Shown here in pieces: positions 26,006 through 34,619 of a stretch of 46,259 nt of DNA. The stretch lies in NCBI GenBank assembly GCA_015064125.1, contig SVSV01000002.1, positions 1 to 46,259 on the forward strand. Reading direction: 5' to 3'. Under the pieces are notes generated by a model. That model did not search any database, was not told the DNA's origin, and saw only the letters and a program-made list of their open reading frames with translations. The translations under genes were made by a program, and so were the position numbers. Numbering within the stretch: position 1 is the stretch's first letter; every line of letters starts with the position of its first letter. Source of the DNA: Oscillospiraceae bacterium. Its GTDB lineage: Bacteria > Bacillota > Clostridia > Oscillospirales > CAG-272.

Positions 26006-27445
26006 ATGAACTACCGCATGCTTATATATCTGCTTGGCATTATCACGATAATAGAAGCGGCACTGATGGCCTTCCCGGCACTTGTGGCGCTTATCTACGG
26101 TGAGAGTGCAGCACCCTTTCTGATCACAATGGCCATTATGCTGCTGCTTTCTCTGCCCATTGTGATCTTTAAGCCCCAAAACAAACGCATTTATGCCAAG
26201 GAAGGCTTCATCACAGCGGCCGCCTCTTGGCTGCTGCTTTCCTGCTTCGGTGCGCTGCCCTTTGTGCTTAGCGGCGCCATTCCCAATTATATCGACGCTC
26301 TTTTTGAAACCGTTTCAGGCTTTACCACCACGGGTGCCTCTATTTTAACCGAGATAGAAAGCCTGCCGCGCGGCATTTTATTCTGGCGCAGCTTCACCCA
26401 CTGGGTGGGTGGTATGGGTGTGCTTGTATTTATGCTTGCCATTCTCCCTGCCGATAACGGGCGCGCTATGCACCTGCTCCGTGCCGAGGTGCCCGGCCCC
26501 ACCAAGGATAAGATCGTGCCGAAAATGCGCCAAACGGCCTTGATCCTATACGGCATTTACATGGCATTGACCATAGCGCTCTTCATCGCCCTGCTTTGCA
26601 CCAAAATGCCCCTTTACGATTCACTTGTCAACGCCTTTGCCACGGCCGGTACAGGTGGCTTTTCGGTTAAAAACGCCTCCATCGGCGCCTATCAAAACCC
26701 TGCTGCGGAATGGGTGATCGCCTCGTTTATGCTCCTGTTCGGCGTGAACTTCAATATATACTTTTTATTGCTCATCAAACGCTTCGGGGACGTTTTGAAA
26801 AACGAGGAGCTTCGCGTATATCTTGTACTGTGTGCAATAGCTACTGCGCTGGTCACCTTCAATACCCTTTCGTATTTCCCCACCGTTGGCGACACCGTGC
26901 GCTCCGCCTTTTTCCAGGTAACTACCCTGCTCTCGACCGCAGGCTTTGCCACCGCCAACTATGATCTCTGGCCCTCGTTTTCAAAAACGATACTGCTGCT
27001 CGTGATGGTGATAGGCAGCTGTGCAGGCTCTACCGCAGGTGGCTTAAAGATCTCGCGCGTCATTATTGCTGTCAAGAATATGTTCCGCAGCGTGAAAAAA
27101 ACCATTCGTCCGCGCTCGGTAAACGTGGTGCGCATGGACGGCGAACCCGTGCCCGATGCGACTCTGCACGCAACGGCCAGCTATATTTCTATCTATTTTG
27201 CATTGATCGTGGTGGTGACACTTTTGATCTCGCTTGACGGCTTCAGTATCGAAACCAATCTTGCCGCGACGTTGGCCACCATCAACAATGTCGGCCCCGG
27301 CCTTGGCGCCGTTGGTCCTGCGGGCAATTACGCCGCCTTTTCTCCGCTTTCCAAGATCGTGCTGACGCTCACAATGCTGATCGGCCGACTTGAAATTATG
27401 CCCATGCTGATTTTGTTCTCCCCTGCCACGTGGCGCAAGGGATAA
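26006..27445 (+). CDS. trkH: Trk-type potassium transporter membrane subunit TrkH
   Basis: Multi-TM protein with TTTGAS, TAGTGGF, STAGFAT and NVGPGLG selectivity-filter-like repeats. ORF trimmed to the ATG at 26006. Confidence 0.9.
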   Translation: MNYRMLIYLLGIITIIEAALMAFPALVALIYGESAAPFLITMAIMLLLSLPIVIFKPQNKRIYAKEGFITAAASWLLLSCFGALPFVLSGAIPNYIDALFETVSGFTTTGASILTEIESLPRGILFWRSFTHWVGGMGVLVFMLAILPADNGRAMHLLRAEVPGPTKDKIVPKMRQTALILYGIYMALTIALFIALLCTKMPLYDSLVNAFATAGTGGFSVKNASIGAYQNPAAEWVIASFMLLFGVNFNIYFLLLIKRFGDVLKNEELRVYLVLCAIATALVTFNTLSYFPTVGDTVRSAFFQVTTLLSTAGFATANYDLWPSFSKTILLLVMVIGSCAGSTAGGLKISRVIIAVKNMFRSVKKTIRPRSVNVVRMDGEPVPDATLHATASYISIYFALIVVVTLLISLDGFSIETNLAATLATINNVGPGLGAVGPAGNYAAFSPLSKIVLTLTMLIGRLEIMPMLILFSPATWRKG

Positions 27446-27446
27446 T

Positions 27447-27848
27447 ACAAAAGCCCGACACAAGGTCGGGCTACAGCGCTCCCACAAACACAAATGTGTT
27501 TGGTACCACGCTCCCCTCGCCGGTGCGACCACACATCAGGTCCACGCCCTAAAAGCCTGCCACCGGCAGCCTTTTGTGCCCTGAACGGTGGCACACGGGC
27601 TTCCGAATCCACGTTTAATGCTCCACAAACACAAAAGCCCGACACAAGGTCGGGCTACGGCGCTCCCACAAACACAAATGTATTTGGTACCACGCTCCCC
27701 TCGCCGGTGTGACCACACATCAGGTCCACGCCCTAAAAGCCTGCCACCGGCAGCCTTTTGTGCCCTGAACGGTGGCACACGGGCTTCCGAATCCACGTTT
27801 AATGCTCCACAAACACAAAAGCCCGACACAAGGTCGGGCTTTTGTGTT
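27447..27848 (+). repeat. 184-bp tandem repeat, 2 full units plus a 34-bp partial third
   Basis: ACAAAAGCCCGACA recurs at 27447, 27631 and 27815, giving a 184-bp period. The two full units differ at 3 positions. Each unit has several hairpins (GCCCGAC-ACAAG-GTCGGGC, GCCTGCC-ACC-GGCAGC). Confidence 0.9.
27817..27848. terminator. shared bidirectional terminator (trkH on +, tRNA operon on -)
   Basis: AAAAGCCCGAC-ACAAG-GTCGGGCTTTTGTGTTT; only the last repeat copy carries the T-run. Confidence 0.7.
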
Positions 27849-27933
27849 TGGTGGGAGCGGGTGGATTCGGACCACCGAAGGCATTGCCAGCAGATTTACA
27901 GTCTGTCCCCTTTGGCCACTCGGGAACGCTCCC
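27849..27933 (-). tRNA. tRNA-Tyr (GTA), long variable arm, CCA encoded
   Basis: The reverse complement reads GGGAGCGTTCCCGAGTGGCCAAAGGGGACAGACTGTAAATCTG..GGTGGTCCGAATCCACCCGCTCCCACCA. Its architecture is almost identical to E. coli tRNA-Tyr. Confidence 0.9.
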
Positions 27934-27979
27934 ATATAAGCTTGTATATCTCGGCGGCGATGCCGCCGCCGAATATCAC

Positions 27980-28054
27980 TGGAGCTGGTGATCGGAGTCG
28001 AACCAACAACCTGCTGATTACAAATCAGCTGCTCTGCCATTGAGCCACACCAGC
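27980..28054 (-). tRNA. tRNA-Thr (TGT), CCA encoded
   Basis: The reverse complement reads GCTGGTGTGGCTCAATGGCAGAGCAGCTGATTTGTAATCAGCAGGTTGTTGGTTCGACTCCGATCACCAGCTCCA. Confidence 0.9.
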
Positions 28055-28071
28055 GAAATCGGAACGGATAG

Positions 28072-28100
28072 ATTATATCACACTTGCCACTTGTTGTCAA
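28072..28100 (-). promoter_or_regulatory. sigma-A promoter of the tRNA-Thr/tRNA-Tyr operon
   Basis: On the minus strand: TTGACA (28100-28095), 17-nt spacer, TATAAT (28077-28072). Confidence 0.7.
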
Positions 28101-28236
28101 TACCTTTTTCAAAAATAAATCAAATTATTTTTTGCTTTTACCGAACCTCTCATCTACCCCTATATAATTTTCAATTTCATCTTTATTTTATCACATTTTT
28201 ATGCTATAATACTTACAAACCAAAAAGGAGAAGGGC

Positions 28237-29208
28237 ATGGAAAAGATCAAAAATATCACAGTTATCGGATGCGGACGATGGGGTACCTTTATTGCATCAC
28301 ATCTCTCAAATGCCGGCTTCACAGTTACACTTTACGGACGCGAGAGCTCTAAAAACATGCAGGAATTGATCGCCACACGAAAAAATGCACTCATGCGCTT
28401 GCCCGACACCCTGCACCTGAGTACCGATCTCAAGGCAGCGTTGAAGGATTGCGACGTACTGGTGATATCCATTGCCTCGCAGCAGCTTCGCGCACTTTGC
28501 GGCGAGCTCCGTGCGGCAGGCTTTACAAAGGGCACAGTGGTGTTGTGCATGAAGGGCCTTGAGATCGGCACCGGAAAGCGTCTATCCACCATTGTTGAAG
28601 AGGAGCTGAGCGAGGATATCAATACAGCCGTATGGTTAGGGCCCGGACACGTACAGGATTTTTGCCGCGGTATTCCCAACTGTATGGTGATCGACAGCAC
28701 AAACGAGCAAACAAAGCGCTTATTGGTAGATGCCTTTTCGGGAAGGCTGATCCGCTTTTATTACGGTCAGGATATGATCGGAAACGAGATCGGTGCGGCA
28801 GCAAAAAATGTCGTTGGCATTGCGGCAGGCCTGCTTGACGGTATTTCCCTCTCACCCCTGAAGGGCGCACTGATGTCGCGCGGCACACGAGAGATCGCAA
28901 GGCTTATTGCGGCCCTTGGCGGCAATGAGCAATCCGCGTGGGGACTCTGTCATCTCGGCGATTACGAGGCAACGGTATTTTCCCCCCACAGCCACAATCG
29001 CGCATTTGGCGAGGCCTTTGCCAAAGGAGAAGCTTTTGACGCCCTGGCCGAGGGCTATTACACCGTAAGAGCCCTGAACATCTTAGCGGAAAAATACCTT
29101 GTTGAATTACCGATCTGCCACACGGTAGAGGCTGTGCTTTATCACGGTGCACACGTGCGTGAGGCACTGTTCTCGCTTTTTGAGCGCAGCATTAAAAACG
29201 AATTTTAA
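28237..29208 (+). CDS. gpsA: NAD(P)H-dependent glycerol-3-phosphate dehydrogenase
   Basis: ITVIGCGRWGT Rossmann start and KNVVGIAAG..L motifs. AAGGAG lies upstream. Confidence 0.9.
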   Translation: MEKIKNITVIGCGRWGTFIASHLSNAGFTVTLYGRESSKNMQELIATRKNALMRLPDTLHLSTDLKAALKDCDVLVISIASQQLRALCGELRAAGFTKGTVVLCMKGLEIGTGKRLSTIVEEELSEDINTAVWLGPGHVQDFCRGIPNCMVIDSTNEQTKRLLVDAFSGRLIRFYYGQDMIGNEIGAAAKNVVGIAAGLLDGISLSPLKGALMSRGTREIARLIAALGGNEQSAWGLCHLGDYEATVFSPHSHNRAFGEAFAKGEAFDALAEGYYTVRALNILAEKYLVELPICHTVEAVLYHGAHVREALFSLFERSIKNEF

Positions 29209-29234
29209 CCGATGCCACAGGGAGCGCGGCATCA

Positions 29235-29268
29235 GGCGCTACGGCATTTGCCGTAGCGCCCTTTTTTA
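29235..29268. terminator. bidirectional terminator between gpsA and the phage-like module
   Basis: GGCGCTACGGC-ATTT-GCCGTAGCGCC followed by CTTTTTT. Confidence 0.8.
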
Positions 29269-29529
29269 TTTTACCGTGCGTACCCACGCACCGTTTATAA
29301 GCGAATATGTGACTGTTGCCACGTCAACCTCTCCTTCGCCCTCAAGCAGCTCGGCCTCGGATCCCTCAGGAGCAAGCTCCTCTTTTATAGGATAATACCC
29401 GTGTGCAGCAGCAAAGACCGCATCGCGCGCAATGCGCCCTGCAAAATTTGATACCACACGTCCGTCAACCGTAACAGCGCCACACGGCGGTAAGATCGGT
29501 ATGCCGTTTTCAATACGATAACGTTTCAT
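29266..29529 (-). CDS. hypothetical small protein (third gene of the phage-like module)
   Basis: 87 aa. Its start overlaps the upstream stop (TGATG at 29527-29531). Acidic central stretch. No family recognised. Confidence 0.6.
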   Translation of the reverse strand: MKRYRIENGIPILPPCGAVTVDGRVVSNFAGRIARDAVFAAAHGYYPIKEELAPEGSEAELLEGEGEVDVATVTYSLINGAWVRTVK

Positions 29530-30971
29530 CAGGAGCCCTCCTCCAGCACCAAGCGTCCGCCAAAGTTCTCCATGGTGTCTGATGCCATAATTTCATAAGT
29601 GGCATGATTGATGCCGTTTGTGCTCAATATATCTCCGCCAACGCACAACCGCCCCACGCCCTTATGAGTGATCGGCATATGCCGCGTATAGGTCGCCCAA
29701 TAATATTCAGGATGCTTGGTTTGAAGTTCAGACGGCACCAGCAAATGCGGCTTACCGTAAACGCCAAAGCTGATGACGTAGCCATAGCTCTGAGTACGTG
29801 ACATATAGGGCTTACCGTAATCGTACTCAACATAATACTCATTGAGTGTGCCGTCATATTTTGACATATCCTCCAAATAGCACACGCTCATGCCCGTAGG
29901 ATGATCGTTGTTGAACAGCACGTCACAGATCATTGAGGTGGCGTTCCCCCACGCGTTTTCCTTGCCACGCCAAACAAACGGACACTCGCGCATATTGCCC
30001 ACAGTCCCCGAGCTTGCTTTGGTCACGCGAGAAAGTGCCTCACCCGACGGCTGCCTTACATACACAAGCTTGCAGCTTTCCTTATCCGAAAAAAACGCCT
30101 CAGGGTCATCAAGATCAATCAAAATAGGGTACCCCAACTCAGTTTCCTCACCAACGCCCAAAATTTTGACATTGTATTTGCCGCTCTCCTTACCGCTATA
30201 ATTGATAGCGGCAAGAGCGCCTACGCCGATCTTATCGGGCTCGGTAGTATAGAAGCCCGCGGCAAGTGTGCCGCTTGACACCTTTTGCCACGTGGTATTC
30301 AGAGTACACCTTATTACGCCACACATCACGCTTTGCAGGCTTCTTGTAGCAAATTCAACCAGCAAAAGCAGATAATCTGAAAACCAATCGGCCATCCTTT
30401 CGGTATGGGCAGCAGGATCATACAGGCGCGCTATTGGCATGATATCAACAAAAGTGCCTGTGTAGGGCAGCAGCCCCGCACGCGAATGCGGCTTGCCATC
30501 CTCTCCTATGCCCATTTCAAAGCAGGGGCGATATTCATACGTGGTGCCGTTTTTAAACATTGGCGCAAGCGTATAGCCACGCAGTGGCTTATCACTGACC
30601 GACACATAGGAGGGCGCTTGCGCACCGCTCATATCGATGCGGTACCAAAACGGCTTACAGCGATAGATGACCTCGCGGTTCTCTTCTGTAGGGCTTAGCG
30701 TAAAGCCCTCCTCACCGCGTGCTACAAAATCACGCCAGGTGCGTGTTTGCGCATCCCACGTAGCATTGAAAATAGGGCGCTGAAAAATACTGATATAGTC
30801 AAAATCATTGCGCACGGCCTGATCGCCCGCAGCGACGTTTGCCACCATGCCAAGCGCGAGATCGCAGCGCTCTCCCTGCGGCGAGATCCCGTCCTGCGGG
30901 AAACGTACCGACCAGGCATGCGGCACGCGCTCAGGCAGGAAAAATTTGCGCTGTCTTACGTGCTCGGTCAT
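29529..30971 (-). CDS. hypothetical 480-aa protein, putative phage tail-fibre/receptor-binding-like by context only
   Basis: Long clean ORF whose ATG overlaps the upstream stop (ATGA at 30968-30971). No motif recognised. Its position after a BppU_N-like gene suggests a distal tail component. Confidence 0.65.
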   Translation of the reverse strand: MTEHVRQRKFFLPERVPHAWSVRFPQDGISPQGERCDLALGMVANVAAGDQAVRNDFDYISIFQRPIFNATWDAQTRTWRDFVARGEEGFTLSPTEENREVIYRCKPFWYRIDMSGAQAPSYVSVSDKPLRGYTLAPMFKNGTTYEYRPCFEMGIGEDGKPHSRAGLLPYTGTFVDIMPIARLYDPAAHTERMADWFSDYLLLLVEFATRSLQSVMCGVIRCTLNTTWQKVSSGTLAAGFYTTEPDKIGVGALAAINYSGKESGKYNVKILGVGEETELGYPILIDLDDPEAFFSDKESCKLVYVRQPSGEALSRVTKASSGTVGNMRECPFVWRGKENAWGNATSMICDVLFNNDHPTGMSVCYLEDMSKYDGTLNEYYVEYDYGKPYMSRTQSYGYVISFGVYGKPHLLVPSELQTKHPEYYWATYTRHMPITHKGVGRLCVGGDILSTNGINHATYEIMASDTMENFGGRLVLEEGS

Positions 30972-31768
30972 TGTGTCTCACCTACCGATTTGTATTGCAC
31001 CGTACCGATCTGCCACTTGCCCGCTGCACGCGAATAGGTACACACGATATCAAAATCACCGTGCACGATGTCGGGGATCTGACCGTCAACAAACAGCACG
31101 TCAGCAGCATTTCCCCAATCGATCGACACTGCCACCATATCGCGCTTGGGTGCATGACAGTAGATCAGGATCCAGCTATCATCACCTACGTCATCGGGTC
31201 GAGGCAACACCATGGTAATGTTCTTCCAGCCGCCCTCCTCGCCGTAGATCTCAGAGGAAAGATCAAGAGCATACTTACGGTTGGATAACGGATGCAATTC
31301 ATACCCGTTGGCCGACAGAATGGGCTCAAGCGTGAAAACGCGCTCCTCGCTCAGCAGCCGCGCGGTGATGCTTCCCTCATCGTCGCTATCGCCCGGCAAG
31401 ATCTCATCGGCCGCCACAGACGGTGCTACGTCCACCTCAAAGGGCGGTGTTGTCAGCTTGCCGCCGTCAGCATCAACGACCGTAACGTCGCATTGCAGGA
31501 TCCCGACGTTACGCAGCATCCAGCTGTTAAAGGGCAGTGTCAGCGTGCCGTCGCAATTCACCTCACCCGCAAAGGCACGCAGCTCGCCTGCGGCATTTCT
31601 GGCATTTAAAAGCACCACCGCATTTTCCTCTACGCGAAGCGGCTCGCCAAAGGCAAAAAGCGCAAGACGCACGAAGCGCGTAGCATTATCACCCTGTCTT
31701 GCCACAACGGTTTGCAGCGTGTCACGCTCAGCTACGTCAAGCATCATTTTACACATACATTGTGTCAT
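30968..31768 (-). CDS. phage baseplate upper protein (BppU_N) domain protein
   Basis: ORF trimmed to the ATG at 31768, which follows GGAGG. The N-terminal 110 aa or so (..TVVARQGDNATRFVRLALF..GEPL..VVLLNARNAAGE..DGTLTLPF..ML..G.LQCDVTVVD.DGGKLTTPPFEVDV) fit the BppU_N Ig-like pattern. Confidence 0.7.
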   Translation of the reverse strand: MTQCMCKMMLDVAERDTLQTVVARQGDNATRFVRLALFAFGEPLRVEENAVVLLNARNAAGELRAFAGEVNCDGTLTLPFNSWMLRNVGILQCDVTVVDADGGKLTTPPFEVDVAPSVAADEILPGDSDDEGSITARLLSEERVFTLEPILSANGYELHPLSNRKYALDLSSEIYGEEGGWKNITMVLPRPDDVGDDSWILIYCHAPKRDMVAVSIDWGNAADVLFVDGQIPDIVHGDFDIVCTYSRAAGKWQIGTVQYKSVGETQ

Positions 31769-31844
31769 AAAAAACCTCCTGTTTTTGGTTTGCGGGGCCG
31801 CCCTCCCGGTTTGTCGCAATGACAAGAGCTGCCCGGCAGAGCCT

Positions 31845-31853
31845 ATTATAACA
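31845..31853 (-). promoter_or_regulatory. candidate extended -10 promoter of the phage-like module
   Basis: Minus strand TGTTATAAT. There is no good -35 at 17 nt (TTGACG sits at 21 nt). Confidence 0.35.
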
Positions 31854-31886
31854 CAGGAGGTAGTGATTTGTCGTCAACTGCTGCGC

Positions 31887-31932
31887 AAAAAAATTTGGCC
31901 TGCCCAAGACACCTTGGACAGGCCGTTTTTTT
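31887..31932. terminator. bidirectional terminator after queT
   Basis: AAAAAAATTTGGCCTGCCCAAG-ACAC-CTTGGACAGGCCGTTTTTTT. Confidence 0.8.
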
Positions 31933-31940
31933 ACCCCGTT

Positions 31941-32447
31941 TTACGGGGTAAATTCAAAAATCGCACGATGCCTTTCAAGCGCCAAAAGCAACAAGGTCCC
32001 CAGCGCTCCCACCGAAAGGATCTCACCGAGCCCTACCGTAAAAAACAAAAACGGCAGGCTTTCGGTCACGTCAACGTAGGCGTAACGAATAACAAAGGGA
32101 ATGATAAGCGTATTGGCTATGATAGGTGGCAGCGAGGCAAGATGGCGCCATCGACGCAAGAGATACGTGCCGAGCGCGCCGATCAGCGTTGCAAGCGTCC
32201 CAAAGAGTATATCGGGCACGGCAGCGCCCGTGAGCAGATTGGCAAGCAAGCACCCGACACTAACGCCCGGTATTGCTGCGGCCGTAAAATACGGCAGCAC
32301 GCAAAGCGCCTCGGCAAGACGAAGCTGAACAGCCCCCATACCCGAAAGCCCAAAGATGGCCGAAAACCACGTGAGCACCACGTACAACGCGGCAATGACA
32401 GCCGCGTGTGTGAGATACCGCATACGGCGGTAAGACTTTTTTTGCAT
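31941..32447 (-). CDS. queT: queuosine-precursor transporter QueT (ECF S-component-like)
   Basis: 168 aa, 5-6 TM segments, THAAVIAALYVVLT..LRLAEAL pattern. Directly preceded by a preQ1 riboswitch. Confidence 0.8.
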   Translation of the reverse strand: MQKKSYRRMRYLTHAAVIAALYVVLTWFSAIFGLSGMGAVQLRLAEALCVLPYFTAAAIPGVSVGCLLANLLTGAAVPDILFGTLATLIGALGTYLLRRWRHLASLPPIIANTLIIPFVIRYAYVDVTESLPFLFFTVGLGEILSVGALGTLLLLALERHRAIFEFTP

Positions 32448-32454
32448 AGCTTTT

Positions 32455-32498
32455 CTCCTTAGTTTTTATTAAGGTGAGGATGGTTGCGAACTCACCGT
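32455..32498 (-). promoter_or_regulatory. preQ1-I riboswitch (translational, overlaps the SD)
   Basis: Minus strand GGTGAG-TTCGCAACCATC-CTCACC-TTAATAAAAACTAAGGAG. This is a P1 hairpin plus an A-rich tail ending in the queT SD, matching the class I consensus layout. Confidence 0.8.
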
Positions 32499-32501
32499 AT
32501 T

Positions 32502-33788
32502 TTATAAATCCAGTATCCCGATCCTTTCAAGCACGTCGGTCACCTCAGCATACATGTAAAGCGAGCCGAGAGAAAACAGGGGCAGCCCCCTTTGGGCAGC
32601 CGCTGACACGGCGGCTCTGACCGCTGCCTCCACACTGTCAAAGCCCGTGGCCTTAACCCCGTGTGCGCGCCATACCGCAGCAAAATCAGCGGCGGGGAGG
32701 GCGCGCGGATTGTCAGGTGTCAGAGTAAAGACCTCCTCAGCCAGCGGCGCCAATTCCCCCACCATACCGTGATAATCCTTATCGGCCATCACCGCACAGA
32801 GCATCAGTACCCTTTTATCCCCAAAATACAAACGTATGCCTGATGCGGCCGCCGCGATCCCCTCGGGATTATGGGCGCCATCGGATATGATCAGGGGAGA
32901 GGTGCACAGCCTTTCAAAGCGACCGCGCCAGCGCACAACAGCGATCCCCTGCCGTATCACCGACTCACTGATCCGCATGCCCTTATCTGCCAAGGCCTCA
33001 AAAAGCGTGAGGACGGTGGCGAGATTTTGCGGCTGATAGGCACCAAGCAGGGGCAAATGCAGGCCTTTATATTTTCCGTACTGCACGGTGGTGCCCGACA
33101 AGTCGGCGCGAAGCACCGTCATGGGCGTATCCTCAGCGGCATAAAAGGAAACCCCTACCCTATCGCACGCCGCCTTTATCACGCCACGGGCGGCAGCGTT
33201 GTGCCCGCCATAGACCATCGGCGCACCCTTCTTGATAATACCTGCCTTTTCGGCAGCGATCTGCTCGACCGTATCGCCAAGATATTCGGTATGATCAAGC
33301 GCTATGCCGGTGATCACGGTAGCCAAGGGAGCTTTGATCACATTGGTGGAATCAAGCCGCCCCCCCATACCTGTTTCCAGCACCACCACGTCACACCCGA
33401 CGTTTTTGAAATACAAAAGCCCGATAGCAGTGATCAGCTCAAACTCAGTCGGGGCGTCTGCCATGCTGTCGGCAAAGGGCTTGACTGCGGCAGTGACCTC
33501 TGCCAACGCCTGATCCGAGATCGGCGTACCGCAAAAGCAGATCCGTTCGTTAAAATGCTTGATATAGGGCGACACAAACAGCCCGGTTTTATAGCCTGCG
33601 GCACGCAGGATCGACTCGGTCATCGCAGAGGTCGAGCCCTTGCCGTTGGTGCCTGCAATATGAATGAATCGCAGGCTATCCTGGGGGTCACCGAGCAACG
33701 AAAGCAATTCGGTAATGCGGGAAAGCCCCGGGCGGCTACCCTTCCAAACGACAGAATGGATATAATCAATAGCATCCTTGTACGTCAT
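32502..33788 (-). CDS. folC: folylpolyglutamate synthase / dihydrofolate synthase
   Basis: HIAGTNGKGST P-loop and a Mur-ligase-like middle and C-terminal region. ATGA overlap with the folT stop. Confidence 0.9.
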   Translation of the reverse strand: MTYKDAIDYIHSVVWKGSRPGLSRITELLSLLGDPQDSLRFIHIAGTNGKGSTSAMTESILRAAGYKTGLFVSPYIKHFNERICFCGTPISDQALAEVTAAVKPFADSMADAPTEFELITAIGLLYFKNVGCDVVVLETGMGGRLDSTNVIKAPLATVITGIALDHTEYLGDTVEQIAAEKAGIIKKGAPMVYGGHNAAARGVIKAACDRVGVSFYAAEDTPMTVLRADLSGTTVQYGKYKGLHLPLLGAYQPQNLATVLTLFEALADKGMRISESVIRQGIAVVRWRGRFERLCTSPLIISDGAHNPEGIAAAASGIRLYFGDKRVLMLCAVMADKDYHGMVGELAPLAEEVFTLTPDNPRALPAADFAAVWRAHGVKATGFDSVEAAVRAAVSAAAQRGLPLFSLGSLYMYAEVTDVLERIGILDL

Positions 33789-34405
33789 TGACCGATCTCC
33801 TCCATATGCTTTGCAAACGCGCGGTTACGTAACAGAAGGTAGAGCACAACACCCTCCGCTACACCGACCATCACATAATTGACAATGCGCCAACCGAGAA
33901 ACTGTATATACCCCAGCTCATATTTTGCAAGATACCATGCGGCAAGCCCTGCCGATTTCAAAAGCACTGAGCCAAGCAGATGCGCCACTGCCACCGCAGC
34001 TGCCACACGGGCGCCAAGCGGTTTTTTTATCACGTAATGGGACATCACACCCGCCGTAAGACCTACAACCGCCGCACCCAGTGTCACAATGGGATTGATG
34101 GGATAACCGTAAAGCAGGCATCCGAGCAGATCGGCCACCACGCCGACAAGCAGTGCGTGCACAGGCCCCAGCGCAATGCCGGCCAGCAGAATAGGCAGAT
34201 TTTCAAAGCTGATGCGGATAAATTCCTGAAACGGGTGCGGAATTTGCAAAAACTTGCCCAGCACCAGACTCATAGCAGCAAGCGCCGCCGCAAAGCAAAG
34301 ACGCCTGAGGCTACCAACACCCGAAGCACGCCTTTTTGCAGCACGTTTGGGGGTGTTTTGAGTAGTATTTTCTTCACCTGACAATGTTTTTTTCATATCC
34401 TTCAT
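33785..34405 (-). CDS. folT: folate ECF transporter S component
   Basis: ORF trimmed to the ATG at 34405, which follows AAGGAGG. Polytopic membrane protein (ISFENLPILLAG.. pattern), preceded by a THF riboswitch and followed by folC. Confidence 0.78.
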   Translation of the reverse strand: MKDMKKTLSGEENTTQNTPKRAAKRRASGVGSLRRLCFAAALAAMSLVLGKFLQIPHPFQEFIRISFENLPILLAGIALGPVHALLVGVVADLLGCLLYGYPINPIVTLGAAVVGLTAGVMSHYVIKKPLGARVAAAVAVAHLLGSVLLKSAGLAAWYLAKYELGYIQFLGWRIVNYVMVGVAEGVVLYLLLRNRAFAKHMEEIGQ

Positions 34406-34411
34406 AAAAAA

Positions 34412-34566
34412 ACCTCCTTCCCCGAAATCATTCGAAAAAAGGAGGCGACAAGCATCGCTCTTATTCAAACGAAGCGGGATGCAGAAAGGCAGCCGCGGAA
34501 ATCCTTCGTCCAACCGGCAACTCCCCGTCCCGTCGGCACTTAACGCTGCTTTTCTTACTCTTCTGA
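34412..34566 (-). promoter_or_regulatory. THF (tetrahydrofolate) riboswitch with SD-sequestering helix
   Basis: Minus strand AGAAGAGTAAG..GCAGCGTTAAGTGCCG..ACGAAGG..CCGCGG..CTGCATCCCGCTTCG matches the conserved blocks of the folT motif. Downstream, CCTCCTT pairs with the AAGGAGG SD. Confidence 0.8.
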
Positions 34567-34573
34567 TGTCATT

Positions 34574-34602
34574 ATTATAATCCCGCAAAATGAAAAAGTC
34601 AA
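34574..34602 (-). promoter_or_regulatory. sigma-A promoter of the folT-folC(-queT) transcript
   Basis: On the minus strand: TTGACT (34602-34597), 17-nt spacer, TATAAT (34579-34574). Confidence 0.65.
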
Positions 34603-34619
34603 TACTTGGCTGAAAATTC

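Noticed and set aside
27447-27848. Possible CRISPR array
   Set aside because: The units are 184 bp and contiguous, with no unique spacers and no 25-40-bp repeat periodicity. No cas genes are in the window.
27328-28112. Three minus-strand ORFs with near-identical N-termini (MSGFCVCGALNVDSEARVPPF...)
   Set aside because: Their similarity simply mirrors the 184-bp DNA tandem repeat. The third runs straight through the tRNA-Tyr and tRNA-Thr genes. No SDs. Treated as artefacts of the repeat.
29266-31825. Calling the region a prophage
   Set aside because: Only three genes are phage-like. No integrase, packaging, capsid, tail-tube or lysis genes, and no att repeats, were seen. It is kept as an orphan module instead.
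31281-33791. 393-aa (31281-32462) and 306-aa (32871-33791) plus-strand ORFs
   Set aside because: They are antisense to the BppU-like/queT and folC genes. Their composition is Ser/Arg/Pro-rich and they cross terminators and a riboswitch.
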